This document shows, in pieces, positions 51,631 to 64,000 of a stretch of 64,000 nt of DNA. The notes under the pieces were generated by a model. That model had not been told where the DNA came from, did not search any database, and saw only the letters and a list, made by a program, of their open reading frames with translations. The translations under genes and the position numbers were made by a program. Position 1 is the first letter of the stretch. Each line of letters opens with the position of its first letter. The DNA comes from Tubulanus polymorphus (taxonomy: Eukaryota > Animalia > Nemertea): assembly GCF_964204645.1 (NCBI RefSeq), contig NC_134025.1, positions 19,009,101-19,073,100 of the forward strand, given 5' to 3'.

Positions 51631-52755
51631 ATACTGGGGGAGGGGGATTAAAAATCGGAATTTTATGCGTACGTAATAATGAATGGTCCCTAGGTAGATT
51701 TTTTAGTATAATGCTTATGTTGGATATCAGATAAAATGCCATTTGCTGAGTGGGTATTCTTCATTCTATCTTCTGTTCCAGTTGCTAAGTGCGTACAAGG
51801 GACATCAGAGAAAGTAATAATTTCATGATTTTCTTATTTGTATTGGTTAATTTCACTTGAATTACCTAATGGAAAGGGTCACTAAATACATTGAATTACA
51901 TATTATGAACACTTATTCACCTTTGTACAAATATACGTATTATTTACTAATACAAGTTTTGTTCATGAAATTGACATCAGCTTGATTATAAATGTGCATA
52001 ATAAAAGAATTTATGAATATATAATGATAGCCGGGTCTCGCTTTACAGAATTTGGCATATTTGAAATCGGATAACTATAGATTAAAAGATGAGAACCGAG
52101 CCTTAACAAGAGTTGTAGCTAAACTGTCGAGATAGTAGGTAAAAATATACGTGTGAACTCTTTGCATGTTCATCATCATACATTGATGTTGTCGTAGTTG
52201 TTGTGTTCTGATAACTGCCATAGTTTTTCCAGTTGTGCACTGTAGTCAGATTTGCGCCAGGTTTCTAAAAATCATAGAATATCTTTATAAAGGCTGAAGG
52301 AAATCATGAACTAAAGAGAATCTACATCAAGCCTCATGAAAATAATGTTACCATCCTTCCTTGTATGACTAGTACTTAGTGGTTTTGCCAGACTGCCAAA
52401 ATAATGACTTATCATATTAATGTGACTTGAATGATGTGAAGAGATAGCTTCTCATTTTCTTTCACATGTTTATCTACAAAGATCCACTAATTGTTGCAAC
52501 TGCTGTACAACAGCAGGGTGCTCCAATTTCTGTTGTGATATTGATTTGATTAAAGAGCATATACAAAATGCCATTATCTGAAAGTAAATTTTATCCTTAG
52601 ACAGTAATGCTATCTTAAACTGCATGTCTATCATGGCAGTAGATTTGAATCAGCGCAAGGAAGGATATCAGTAATATCTTACAGCTCTTGACCCTGATTC
52701 TAATGATCCAATAAATGTGTGTCAAGTTTTCTATCAATCGATGTTTTGTAAATAG

Positions 52756-52839
52756 AATTTGCAGGAATTTATCCAGCAACTTCGTAGCCGTCGGCGTCGA
52801 CGTCAAAATGTCGACTCTGTCCCCCAAGTAGATACTCAG
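52756..52839 (+). CDS. candidate alternative in-frame MYPT cassette exon (NLQEFIQQLRSRRRRRQNVDSVPQVDTQ)
   Basis: acceptor ttttgtaaatag (alternative in-frame ttgcag, exon start 52765), donor CAG|gtatat, 84 nt phase 0/0, GC/CpG-richer than its repeat-free AT-rich flanks; no homology evidence. Confidence 0.5.
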
Positions 52840-53437
52840 GTATATTTGTTATTGGTTATTATTTTCGTGCTTTCAGCTTTGTTCATTAAGTTGCGCTTTT
52901 TCAGAGCTTCCGATATGATTTGTTTGTTTCTCATTTTCTGTAAAAGTTGTGTATAATTCATAGTCATCATCTCAAATACATCGAAAGTTCCAAAATTATC
53001 TGTCCATTACAGTCAACTCAGTTGTACAGTTATACGTGGTATGTCAAAATTTCTCAATGATGGACTTCAACTTGGACAGTTTGAGATTTTCAAAGTTGAC
53101 AGTAGCGTTGATAATATAATATATCAAGTCTGAATTCATGTTGATTAATTTGAGCTGATAATTACGAGTTAAAATCAAAAGCAGCAGAAATGGATTGTAA
53201 TTTTATTGTGATTTGAACTCCATATTTCTGTGAAGGAGATTTTGTTCTTATTTGTTTCTGTTATGATTGAGGTACCTTTAATAGTATGTGTTTCAATCTA
53301 ATTCATTGCAATCACGCCCTTGTGACAAATTTTGCAATCATGCCCTTATCACAAATTTATTCCAATACTAATTGAGGAGTTTATGAGCATGCTAGTGCCT
53401 CTTGATTTAATTTTTGATGTTATCCGTTGTTTGATTA

Positions 53438-53683
53438 GGCCATCCCAAAATAATTGTCTGTTTGCTATAACACCGACTCATCGAAGTTTTCGGAATGAGT
53501 CCTTAGGTAGGTAGATATATCTTTTTTGCAAAACTTTTGGGCAAAAAAACAAATTTATCACCTTTTTCATATGGAAACAATATTAAAAATAAAATTTATT
53601 TCATTGAATACCAAAAAGAAGTTTTCACCTTTGAAGTCGGGTCGGTCGGGTTACGGAAAACAGACCATTATTTTGGGATGGCC
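53438..53683. mobile_element. MITE with TTA TSD (Zator or Harbinger type)
   Basis: TIR GGCCATCCCAAAATAAT.GTCTGTTT. Confidence 0.85.
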
Positions 53684-53829
53684 TTATTGTAAAATATTTT
53701 TAACAGATGTCCAGATAAATCATACATGCTTAAAATTTTTAAGAAACTTTGATTCTTTGAATTTACTTCTATAGGCATGCTTCATTTTATTGACTAAACG
53801 ATACAGTAAACCTCCGTTAAATCCATAAT

Positions 53830-54545
53830 TTTCTGGGATGGTTATTTTTCAGCGTTGCTCATGTCTGTTATGTTGTTTATAGCTGAACAATAACCATCCC
53901 AAAGTTCAGGAAAGTCATTGATGTTGCCAAAAAACTTTTTCAATATCAATTTAGGCAAACGCCGATTTACATTACTGCTATTTTTGAATTCCCTAATAGT
54001 TGGATCTAATGTTGATCCCAGATGTAAGCATGTCTTACCCAAGCAACTGATTCTCTGTTCACTGTATTCAATGAATCCCTTGGCCTCCTCTACTTCTTCT
54101 TCTAGCTTATCTATGGCGGTTATCTTCTGGAAGGACTCGTCTATCGTTCGTAGCTACGACAGCTGCCTTTGAATTGATTCAATGCTGGATTCGATTTCAT
54201 CGAGCTTGGATACAGTGGGACTTTCTGCCAAAACCAAAGATTCAGCTTTTAACGGTGTCTTCGTCACCTGCTTTCGATTTTTTCAAACAAGCCAAATCTG
54301 TAGTTGCTGTGTCTGTAGATATCTTGGAGCCTGGTCACGGCACCAAATTAATATACCAGGTTCGATCAAGCTCAGGAAGCACTGACAACGAGGCTTATTT
54401 CTCATGGTGAACTCAGAAGTTGAGACTTTATTTGCCCTTTATATAGTTAGAGATTTGAATACAATCAAGCGTGAACAGCAGTACAGGTTGTTCGCTTTAT
54501 AAGGATTACAGAATATTGGCAGAACTACAATATTATAATGTTACA
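53830..54545 (-). mobile_element. second BEL/Pao 5' fragment (LTR, tRNA-His PBS at 54330-54345, gag start)
   Basis: PBS TGGTGCCGTGACCAGG; gag RLPKLILKKFFGNINDFPELWDGYCSAI; TATA and AATAAA in putative LTR. Confidence 0.82.
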
Positions 54546-54561
54546 ATACATTATACATATA

Positions 54562-55537
54562 CAGGAAGTTCCAGAAATTACTATACAATAAAGAATTGCT
54601 ACAAACATTGATGCTTGGTCAGATGATGACGGGCATCAGTAAGTTCTGTTCTGTTTCCATGGTGACCAGATTGATGTCTCCTTGACATCATAATCTATTG
54701 TAACCCTAAACTGCCAAATTAAAAAAAAAATTCCCAGAGTGAAAATTTCATCTGTAATTTGTTTCCTACTGGGATCAAAAAAGGTAGGTAATTTGGTGGT
54801 ATTAGGTGAAATCAGTATCTAAAGTGCAGAGAAGATACAGTATTATCTTTAACAAAAAAGTGCTGATCAGGAGAGCCATTTATGACCTGGTGGAAAAGTT
54901 TGAAACAACTGATTTACTAGGTCAAAAATGGCTTAAGGTCATTGGACCCTAATTTTTTTAGGAGAATGGAGAAGCTGTAACCAAGCAGCACGCTATAGGA
55001 GTATGCTAACTATATTCTTCATTCCAAAGCTCAAGCGTCTTTTGGGGAACAACATGAAACATGCATGGTTTCAGCGAGATGGGCCCACCTTGCCCTTACT
55101 GCAAAACTGACAGTAGATGTTCTACGTCAGAATTTTGGAAAGAGAATCATCTCACTCAAGAGTGAATGGCTGGCCCCCTATTCACCTGATCTGAATCCCA
55201 TTGATTATTATTTTTTGGGCATATCTCAAAGACGTCCATTAAGGCAGACCAACAACTATTGAACATTTGAATAAAAACATTCGGTAGGAAATAGCAAATA
55301 CAGGGTTCGATGTATTGAGAAATGTGGAAATTTTTGTTAAAAGGGTAGCAGTAATGAAAAATCTACAGGGATCACATATTGAGCATATCTTGTAAATTGT
55401 TTGAAATGAAATGATTGTTGATTACCATAAAAAACTTATCACTTTCATCTATCTGGTATAAGTTTGGTGTATCCATCTTTAAAAATGAAAGTAGGGAGTG
55501 CAATTCTTTATTGTATAGTAATTTCTGGGACACCCTG
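54562..55537 (+). mobile_element. Tc1/mariner remnant, rosa (DD41D)-like
   Basis: about 37-bp TIR CAGG..GT.CCAGAAATTACTATACAATAAAGAATTGC, TA TSD; WFQRDG…PYSPDLNPIDY with about 40 residues between the last two Asp across a frameshift. Confidence 0.85.
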
Positions 55538-55833
55538 TACATATTCAGCTATTACTATTTCCAACGATGATTTTTGTAACATGATGATAATACGTAACCT
55601 GTATTATATCAGATGTTCATATTGTCTGTTGACATGGCTACAACAACACTTGAAAGTGATCTAAACTAGGCGCCATCATTAGGCCTGGATGGAGGATGTC
55701 TCTACTGGTTTATCTAAACAAAATATAGTCTTACATCTGCATAGCATACAACAAGGGCTTGGACAGAAAAACAACGTTGCTTAAATGTAACTATAACATT
55801 GATGAGTTAGTGTCAGTGTTTTCCGCGGATATT

Positions 55834-56000
55834 CATATTTCCTGACTACTGGCCACATTATCCTCATTAGATTGCGGTTTAAATTCAGGGAACCATAGGG
55901 GCATGAATTCACATCATATTTCCTGACCACTGACCACATTATCCCCATTAGATTACAGTTGTTCATATTCAGGGGACAATAGGGCCATAAATTCACGTCA
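55834..56000. repeat. two diverged tandem copies of an ~80-bp unit
   Basis: catatttcctgac.actg.ccacattatcc.cattagatt at 55834 and 55914. Confidence 0.8.
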
Positions 56001-57014
56001 CGCAAGAAAATAAAGATATTCACCGTTTCATGGCCATATTTTGGTTAACCCATTTGCACTCAGGATTGTCACTATGTAGCGTCTTGCTCCTCAGAAAATT
56101 CAGATGAAAATCCTCATTTAATATACAAATTAGCTTATTTCCAGTTGATATTTATGTACTACAAGTTTGTGTTTTTATAGTAATTAGTCAAGGCTATCCT
56201 ATACAGTCACCCTTGCCTCGTACTTTGTCATTCTGGCTTAATCGTCTTAATAAACTTAATGATTAAAGCGCAGTCGACTATTATATACAATTTGGTAAGG
56301 GGCAGAAAGCAAATTGATAGCTGCGTATAGGTTTGAATGCAACTTACTGTTTTTATGTAGCAGATGATAAAATGGTGGATTCCGGCAGCTTGGGGAGTAG
56401 TAGGCTACAGATGGGCAAACGAATGTCTACTAAGTTAGCTGTGCCTTCATGTCAATTAACTATTCGACTAACCAGATGTCATTGGAATCACTAATCTGTT
56501 GCTCGCTAAGAAATTCATGATTCACAGAATATATACAAAGAGATTGTATGTATAAAATACCCATTGTTCCCTGTGTATATAGTTTTCACAATAAATGTAA
56601 TGTTCCAAACAGCTAATATAGGTTACACAAAGTACGGATAATGGATTACAAATTAGACACTTTTTTGGTTTAAATGCAGACGGATTAACTGAGGTTGACT
56701 GTATTTATAATACATTTCCATATATGATGTGTGTAGATGTATATCCTATAAGTAAGAACGTGTAATTCAAAAAAAAATTGAATTTAGATTGAATATGAAT
56801 GGTGAAAAATGGTATTATGGCCAACAAGTTGCGTGTTATATCATAAGTTACTTTATTTTCATTTTATTTAACATGTTCGAACCACATCTGAACCTTGAAT
56901 TATTTTTGTTAGAGGAATAATATACCATTGAGTTTGGTTTACTTTACCTTCACCTTTATGCTGTTACCCGATATAGAATAAAAGTATTTACGGTTCACTT
57001 TCCTTTTTTTTCAG

Positions 57015-57101
57015 ATGACAGAAACTATGAAATCAGAAATATCGCGGTTAAAAGAGGAAAATGCTGCATTGATACGTGTAATAAGCAAACTGTCAAAATA
57101 A
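57015..57101 (+). CDS. PPP1R12A: MYPT terminal coding exon, leucine zipper (MTETMKSEISRLKEENAALIRVISKLSK*)
   Basis: tttttttttcag acceptor; near-identical to the MYPT1 LZ+ C-terminus RLKDENGALIRVISKLSK; TAA at 57099-57101. Confidence 0.97.
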   Translation: MTETMKSEISRLKEENAALIRVISKLSK

Positions 57102-57707
57102 TTTAGATCAGTCATTTTAGGCTGAATAATATGTTAGCATCATTACCCAGGTTTGATTGGCTATCAAAACGTTAACTCATTTACACACTACACTAGATAA
57201 AATTACTCTCCCTTGTGAGGATCATGGCTAGATCATGCACTTTACCCTTGTCCCACAATTACTTTCCAAGGCAGGTTTCAATTGAACCTATTGAATTTCC
57301 AGAATATAGCTGAAACCAGAGCACTCCCAGGCTTGTATCTGGTTATTTTGGTAATAGAGTGTATAATGGTCGAAATAGCCCATCCATTAGTGCGTCACTT
57401 CCAGTGACTACATTACCAATCAGGGTGTGTATCCTATATTTTGCGAGGGCGAGCTTGCTTGTCATAGGTATAGCATGAATTCTTAGCTTCCTGAGAGGCA
57501 GTGGCGAGAACCCAACTAAAAATTGTCCCATTCAAAAGGGTTTATGAGATACAAATCAGGATTTCTTTGGGTTCCTGAAGTTTGGTGTACACTGAATTTT
57601 GTCATTTCAAGATTTTGGAAATCAAGACCTCAAGACCTGTTAAACAAATATTCAGAACTGGGTAGTTCACTTTACATCCTTGTGTGAAAATATTGAAATT
57701 CTATGGT

Positions 57708-58260
57708 TCGGGGATGAAAATCTTCCGCGGTTGGAGGTCAATTTTTATCATTCTTGAGATTGATGTAGATCCGTTGAGAAAACGATAGGGGGGGGGGTGG
57801 ATTAGGGTCTTGGGGGAAAGTTGATAGTTGGATCGAAACATACTAAAAGAACAGACCGTAAAGGCGTCTCATAAAACCGGTGCTATGTTCTCTTTTTTTA
57901 TAACATCATTGCGAAACACTGCTGTTGTCTAGAACGACTCACTCTGTGCAACAGATCAATAATATATATACATGCAATAGCGCTGCACGAAAAATCTATA
58001 TTTTGAATCTGCGGTCGCGGGCTTCAAATCATCCAACAAAGCATAGCCCACGTGCGAGCCTGTAGGTGCTCAATAAGAGTAGTCATTGTTTTAATTCAGG
58101 CACAATACGCTTGGCTTGAGTGATAGATTGGAAGATTATAGATAGGGGCTCCTCTTGGGACTCTGCCATTTATTGACAAGTTCATTTAAGTATGAACATG
58201 GGCGTATAATCTAGTTTATACGTCCATGGCATGAAAATGTTCTAGTGATTTGGATATCAT
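57708..58260. repeat. dispersed repeat, paralogue of 17168-17670
   Basis: colinear over ~500 bp by eye. Confidence 0.8.
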
Positions 58261-61200
58261 CGGAGCCATCCTCTTCATGTACTCGAGACATAAACAAACA
58301 ATTGATCAACCGCGTGGCAGCGGTCTTATTTCGTCATTGGAGAATGGGCCGGTGCGCCAAAAACTCCTTGAAATTTCAAAATTTTCTTTCGATTAAATTG
58401 ATGATACAGTTTGATTTCATAGGTTAAGGGACCTTCTTAATTCAAAATAAATTTGTTCGCGGATTTGGTAAAAACCTTCCCACCCACGTCTCTGCTATAA
58501 GTCTGGTTTAGCTTTTTATTTCAATATTTTTTTAAAAAAAAGCAATTAAAATAAAATTTACCTGTCCTAGTCACTTTCCAGAAAAAAATGATGAGAAACT
58601 AGGGTATTTCTTTGTGTGGCCTAACAAAATAGTGAAAAACATGGGTTAATTGAGATTTTAATTATTTCATTCGGGTATTTTTTTCTGAGAGAGTTTTGCT
58701 GTAGCTCTGACAGATATTGAGATGTAAAGGTCAGAACATGGTATCTAATTTATGTTGAAAAACAGCCGACGCATTTAGGAAATTTTTAGTAATGAGGGAT
58801 AACGGAAGGCTTAATGAATAAATGGAATATGGATTGATTTTAACAATGATCATGTTTTTGATACCAGTTGACCATTTGTTACGTAAGTCAAATTTGTTTG
58901 TAATGTTAACAATCAAACATGAGAAAAAATATTTGTGAACTTGAAAGAGTATTCTGTTGCAGAGATGGTCAATATTTTTTCTGTTGTACGTACACAGCCG
59001 TAGACATAGTGGGTCCTCCATATGGTACTCCCATTCGTATTACATATTAGTCCTGCCTTTTTTGCTATGCGTTTTTAATTAGTGGACTCTATAGAATTGT
59101 TTGAGTTCAAGTGAAACCTGCCTTACTGTGTTGAGCTTCTGGTTATTGTGCAAATAACAGTCATTCTTGATATACCAGGGGTGTGGTTAAGATTAAGTAT
59201 GACTCCATGACATATCCTGTCAATTGCCATTTTTTGCATTTAGCAAATAAGCCAAAAGATATTCTCAAGGCTAGGTAGGAATGATTTAGAAGAAATTTAC
59301 ATAAATTTATCCAGTGTTAAACATGTGATATTTCAGTATTACATTTGTGGAACACCTGTACTTGATTCTCCTCTTCAAATATAGTTACCAATTAATAATG
59401 AAAGCTTTAATATCTGTCCAGTAAACACGATTTTCTGAGTTTTAACTGATGATTTGTCAATTTGTTGAAGTCGGGTGTATCCTTAATGCATACTCCCTTC
59501 CTACTTATGATGTCTGTTTCATGAAATTTGGAATACATGTATTGATGTTTGAGATCGTCCATTAAAGTCTGGATTGGCTAAAACTATGGCTAATGACATA
59601 TATATTGTATAGATTCTGTATCAATTCAGAATGTGGGACATGAGCTGAGCCAATAGCTTTGTAGAACGTGCGTGGATAAAATGAGTCACTATATAGGTTA
59701 CAAGAATATGCAGTAAATAAATGAATGCATGCATTTAGTGATAACTGCTGTCAGTTTTATCCATGTCTCCACCACGATTTACATTGCTGTTAGATCCTGT
59801 GTATATCCTCATTATTGATGCCACCGTACTCTAGATCTGTTGTTTATAACTATTTTTAAGTTGGTATGTGTCTATTTGCTTCTTGTCTTGTAATCGTCAC
59901 GATGACTTGTTGATAGTTTGCCAGGGCAATTATTGTATATGTATTATGATCATAAAAATGTAAATTATTCAATTTATCATATAAAGAAAAAAATACAAAA
60001 CATGACGATAAATTTTCATGTGGTAAAATTCATTTGTAGAATCTGGATTTTGATATGTACTTAGTAGCTTCTGTTTCGGCAGAATTTAAATTCGTGGACG
60101 ATTGTTGGCGACAGATGCAAACATGGTGTGTGCAGATTGGTAGGATCAATTTCTTGACTGATAATAATTTAATTGACAAATATAAAAGAATACAATGGTT
60201 CTCTTATGTGATCATGGACGTATAGACTAGGGTTAGGCTCTAGTCTTTACGTCCATGGTGATATTCATGTTGTAATAAAAGGGCAAGGGTCTTGGAGAAG
60301 CAATATAATGCGTATGTTTAACCACCCCGCCCCGCCCCGAATTATTTCTAAGTTGAAACTACACAATTTTTCAGAAATTTTCTACCTAATTATATATTCA
60401 TAGAGGTACCTAGCCTACCATAATGTAGATATTAACTTTCCCAAGACACATGCACTAGCTTTATGGATAGATAACAAATATTTCAAATTTCAAGGCTCTA
60501 CCTCAAATACTTTTTTCAAAATCATGTTTTCGGTAATGTGCGTCAGCCGTAAATGATGATTGCGAGAAAACACCAATTTTTTGAAATTTCTCAAGGAATT
60601 TGACTTAATTTATCTAAAATGCAACAGTTTAGTAGGTTTACACCTATCAAATTGTCCATTCGAATGCTGGTTACCCTGCAGGTAGCTCCTGTGCCACCAT
60701 ATTGTGCAGAAGTTGGCAAAATTTTCATCCTGATGCTGAATTTATTGCATTCACCCTTGGTGGCTGGCTATTGTTTGCAGGGAGGTGGGCTGATTGGATT
60801 ACCCGTAAACTTTTTTCTTTTTCTTTGAATGTTTCTAACTTTCCTCATTTTTAGATAACAGTTTGAAGTTAATCATTTTACCACTTAAATGCCCAATGAA
60901 GCATGTATTCACGATACTAAAGCAAAATATGCTATGAAATTCTGTAAAGTCAAAATTCTAGAAAATTTCATGATTTTCATTTCTTTCAAAAAATGACACC
61001 CAACGACCTTCAGATCAATGTTTTGGGTAATCAAGTCTATTGTGAATCTATTGTAGATGGCAGCACTGCACGGGTATGAATAGTATCGGTTTAACACCTC
61101 TAAAAGTAACTTAGAACACGTTGCTAAGGGCTTTGAGATTGGAGCGGTCTTGTTTGACCCCCCAAAACATGCCTTTGCCGTTATCTGACCACTCCAAAAA

Positions 61201-63637
61201 TTTCGGAGGTCATTCTACCCACCTATAGTGTTCAATAACAGTACTTTAAAAAAAATGAGAAATTTAAGATTTTCCCTGAAATTCTAGTATACCAATACCT
61301 TTTAAGCATTATAGTAGGGAATTGCACTGACCCCTCCCTTCATCGCACAACACCAGTTAGTTTAATGTCTTTTACTACAAAATAAAAAATAGGCCTGGCA
61401 GGCAAAGAGTTGATATGTTCCTTCCAATTTTAACTTTCAAAAATTTCTCACATGGACCTGATGATTCTTTTTCCATCGACGTATAATTAGATATTGTCAT
61501 AGTTATCTTGACATAGTTAGTAATAAATAACATTTTTTTCTGTACAATTAAAATATATCGTTTGGCTCGGAGCCGATCAGGTCGGACTGGAACAGACGAT
61601 CTTTCTATCGCCCACCTCGGACACAGAACTCTTGTGTTTTCTTATGGTTCATTCCGAGTATCGACCGGTACATGTGTTTATTTCCGACAGTGATCTGACC
61701 TACATTCTACAGTGTTATTTTCATTCATACATGCAATCACACGCATAGTACTCATTCATTCATGCTGCTCACTCATCATTGATCTATTAATCATTAAACG
61801 GAAACTGCAGGCACACGACGTTGAAAAAAAACAAGTGATCGATGAATTCTATGAAGTCCTTATCAAGAATAAGAAAAAATATCGGTTGGCTAAAATCCCA
61901 TTTATTGACGATAAAATCCCAATAATCATTCAAACGCAGGTAATTTAGGTGTATTAAGCTTTTAAACAATTTTCTTTACAAATACCTTTTTATTATGGTG
62001 AACATCGATCTAGTGGGACATCGCTCACCTCGGATATTTTTCCACGGTCCCCAGAGATCCTAGGTAACCGGAGTCTAGTATATTATGAGATTTTAACTTG
62101 TCTTAATATTTGATAATTATTAGCCCTGTCATAAGATACATCTCCTGACATGGAATTGGGATCACATAATTCTTTGGTCTTGCCACCAGGGGGAGTTAAA
62201 TATTGAATAGTATATAATTTGTCTACTTATATTGGTACCTATGCATATTTTGTAATTGCAAAGTTGTAGCTAATTGAGAATCATTTGATTGCCGACCAAT
62301 CACAAGCTAGTAATTGTCACTTAAATTTACCTTGTCACGGCAGTTGAAATTTCGGGATTTTACTGGTAAATTACTGTTCATAGTAACATACTGGTCACTC
62401 TCAGTAGAAACCGGAAAATGGTTGGATATATCTGTTCCCATAAGATCCAAAGATTAGACGTAAGACTGATATTCACCAGCGCAAACGGTAACCAACTTGG
62501 CACGAACTCTTAACACCTTTTGGGAAATGTTTGGACTATGATAATATGATTTTCACGGGAGCAGCACATCGACCTATCCTATAGAAATACATTTTGAGAT
62601 AATCAACGAATAGGATTTAGTTTAGGACATCACGGTAGCTCTAAAACATAGGGAATTTTGTTAAGATCAGACTTCGACACGTCGCATTCCGAGCGAGATA
62701 CGAAATAAAGAACAAGATCTTCATAACGAATTTCTGCCGCTTGCATTACATTTTGTGGTTGAGGATACCTAGTGGTTTCACGAAGGATCTATTAACGAAG
62801 TTTGGTTTATGTGCTAGAATGTATCTGCCTTTAAACAGTGCAATTCACCATTTCGTACCGACGACGCTGACTTACTACAGTTATACATTCATCAGAGCGA
62901 GCTGTGGCTTCATCATATCATTTCATATCACCCATTAAATTCATTTTTAAGCCGAATTTCCGAACCCTACCACTCAGGACCCAGTTCCACGCGACCCAAG
63001 ATTTGTTGGATGTCGAAACACAGGCCAGGTGCCCCGGTCCCCCAAGCCCAAGTTTCAATGCAGGCCCCTGTTGCTGACGAATATGAAGAGGTTCAACAAA
63101 GATGGCATCTTCCAGGTGGTTGACAACATCATTGCCAGCGGGATCGACTTAAACCGACTACTGCGCATGATCAGGATCGTGCAGAGAACGCCTCAAACAG
63201 ACCCTCATCTGACAACCACCACAGCTGCCCCTGCAGCCGTTAGCCAAAACCCCTCCCACGACACAACAACCTTCATCGCAGGACACAACCAGGCCTACTG
63301 AAGATGCAGCAGCTGCCAACGCCTAGATCGAAATGCAAATGGCGCCACAGACTAGTAGATACGTTTACGGTGATCAGCTAAAACAAATTGAAGCACCTTC
63401 GATCCAAGCTAATGACCATTCATCGCCAGGAACCCATGACTAATCAACCTTCGTTTCAAAATACTGCGACTAATCAACCTTCGTTTCAGCAAACCTCATC
63501 TCAGAAAGTACCAGCGGCCCAGATTACACCTACTGTTGATATTACGGATAAACATCCCAAACTAGGCCGACAACCAGATATTTTTACAAGTGAATGACCA
63601 AACAAAACCTATTAAAACTAAAATTGACAACAGAACC

Positions 63638-63860
63638 AAGCTTTCCGGACTTCACGTAACCATTTGTTTTACAAACCGACGCAGGTGGAACCGGTATTGG
63701 CATGGTTGTGACTCAAATCCAAGATGGGGTTGAAAGGGTGATTGGGTATGCCGGTCGTGCACTCGCTATGCAAAACCAGATCAGAACTATGGAAACGCGG
63801 AACGTGAATGCTCAGCTCTCGTTAAAGGAGTTTGGTACATCAAACCGTATCTCCATAGGG
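63638..63860 (+). mobile_element. Ty3/Gypsy RNase H fragment (upstream ~62334-63600 may be its LTR/gag remnant)
   Basis: PDFT*PFVLQTDAGGTGIGMVVTQIQDGVERVIGYAGRAL. Confidence 0.85.
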
Positions 63861-64000
63861 TAGTTCTCTAAACGTGGAAAACGGAATGACGGAAACGGAA
63901 TGGCGGAGGGAGTATCTATGAAGGCGGAACGGCGGAGAAGCCTAGAATTCGGTTGCGGATTCTGCAGAAAACACATATTTATATTATACTGAACCTGGAT

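Overview
AT-rich, repeat-dense animal genomic DNA, probably from a marine invertebrate (inferred only from the transposon repertoire). The window holds the 3' part of one spliced + strand gene, a myosin phosphatase targeting subunit (MYPT1/PPP1R12/Mbs family). I rebuilt it by hand as 10 phase-compatible GT-AG exons (3952-57101, 327 aa) carrying the RRSTQGVT inhibitory site and the C-terminal leucine zipper LIRVISKLSK*. A candidate extra in-frame cassette exon lies at 52756-52839. The introns are packed with often nested mobile DNA. This includes a Penelope-like retroelement, three minimal hammerhead ribozyme motifs, two BEL/Pao remnants with tRNA-Tyr and tRNA-His primer sites, Gypsy and CR1 fragments, and a hAT family making 6-bp target duplications. 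There are also a rosa/mariner remnant, many MITEs and at least four Helentron-type non-autonomous (HINE/DINE-like) families, one with a 154-bp internal satellite. No prokaryotic genes or CRISPR array were found, and most short ORFs in the track are spurious. I see no wholly new system; the best leads are the MYPT regulatory variants, the ribozymes and several unusual element architectures. All coordinates were read by eye.
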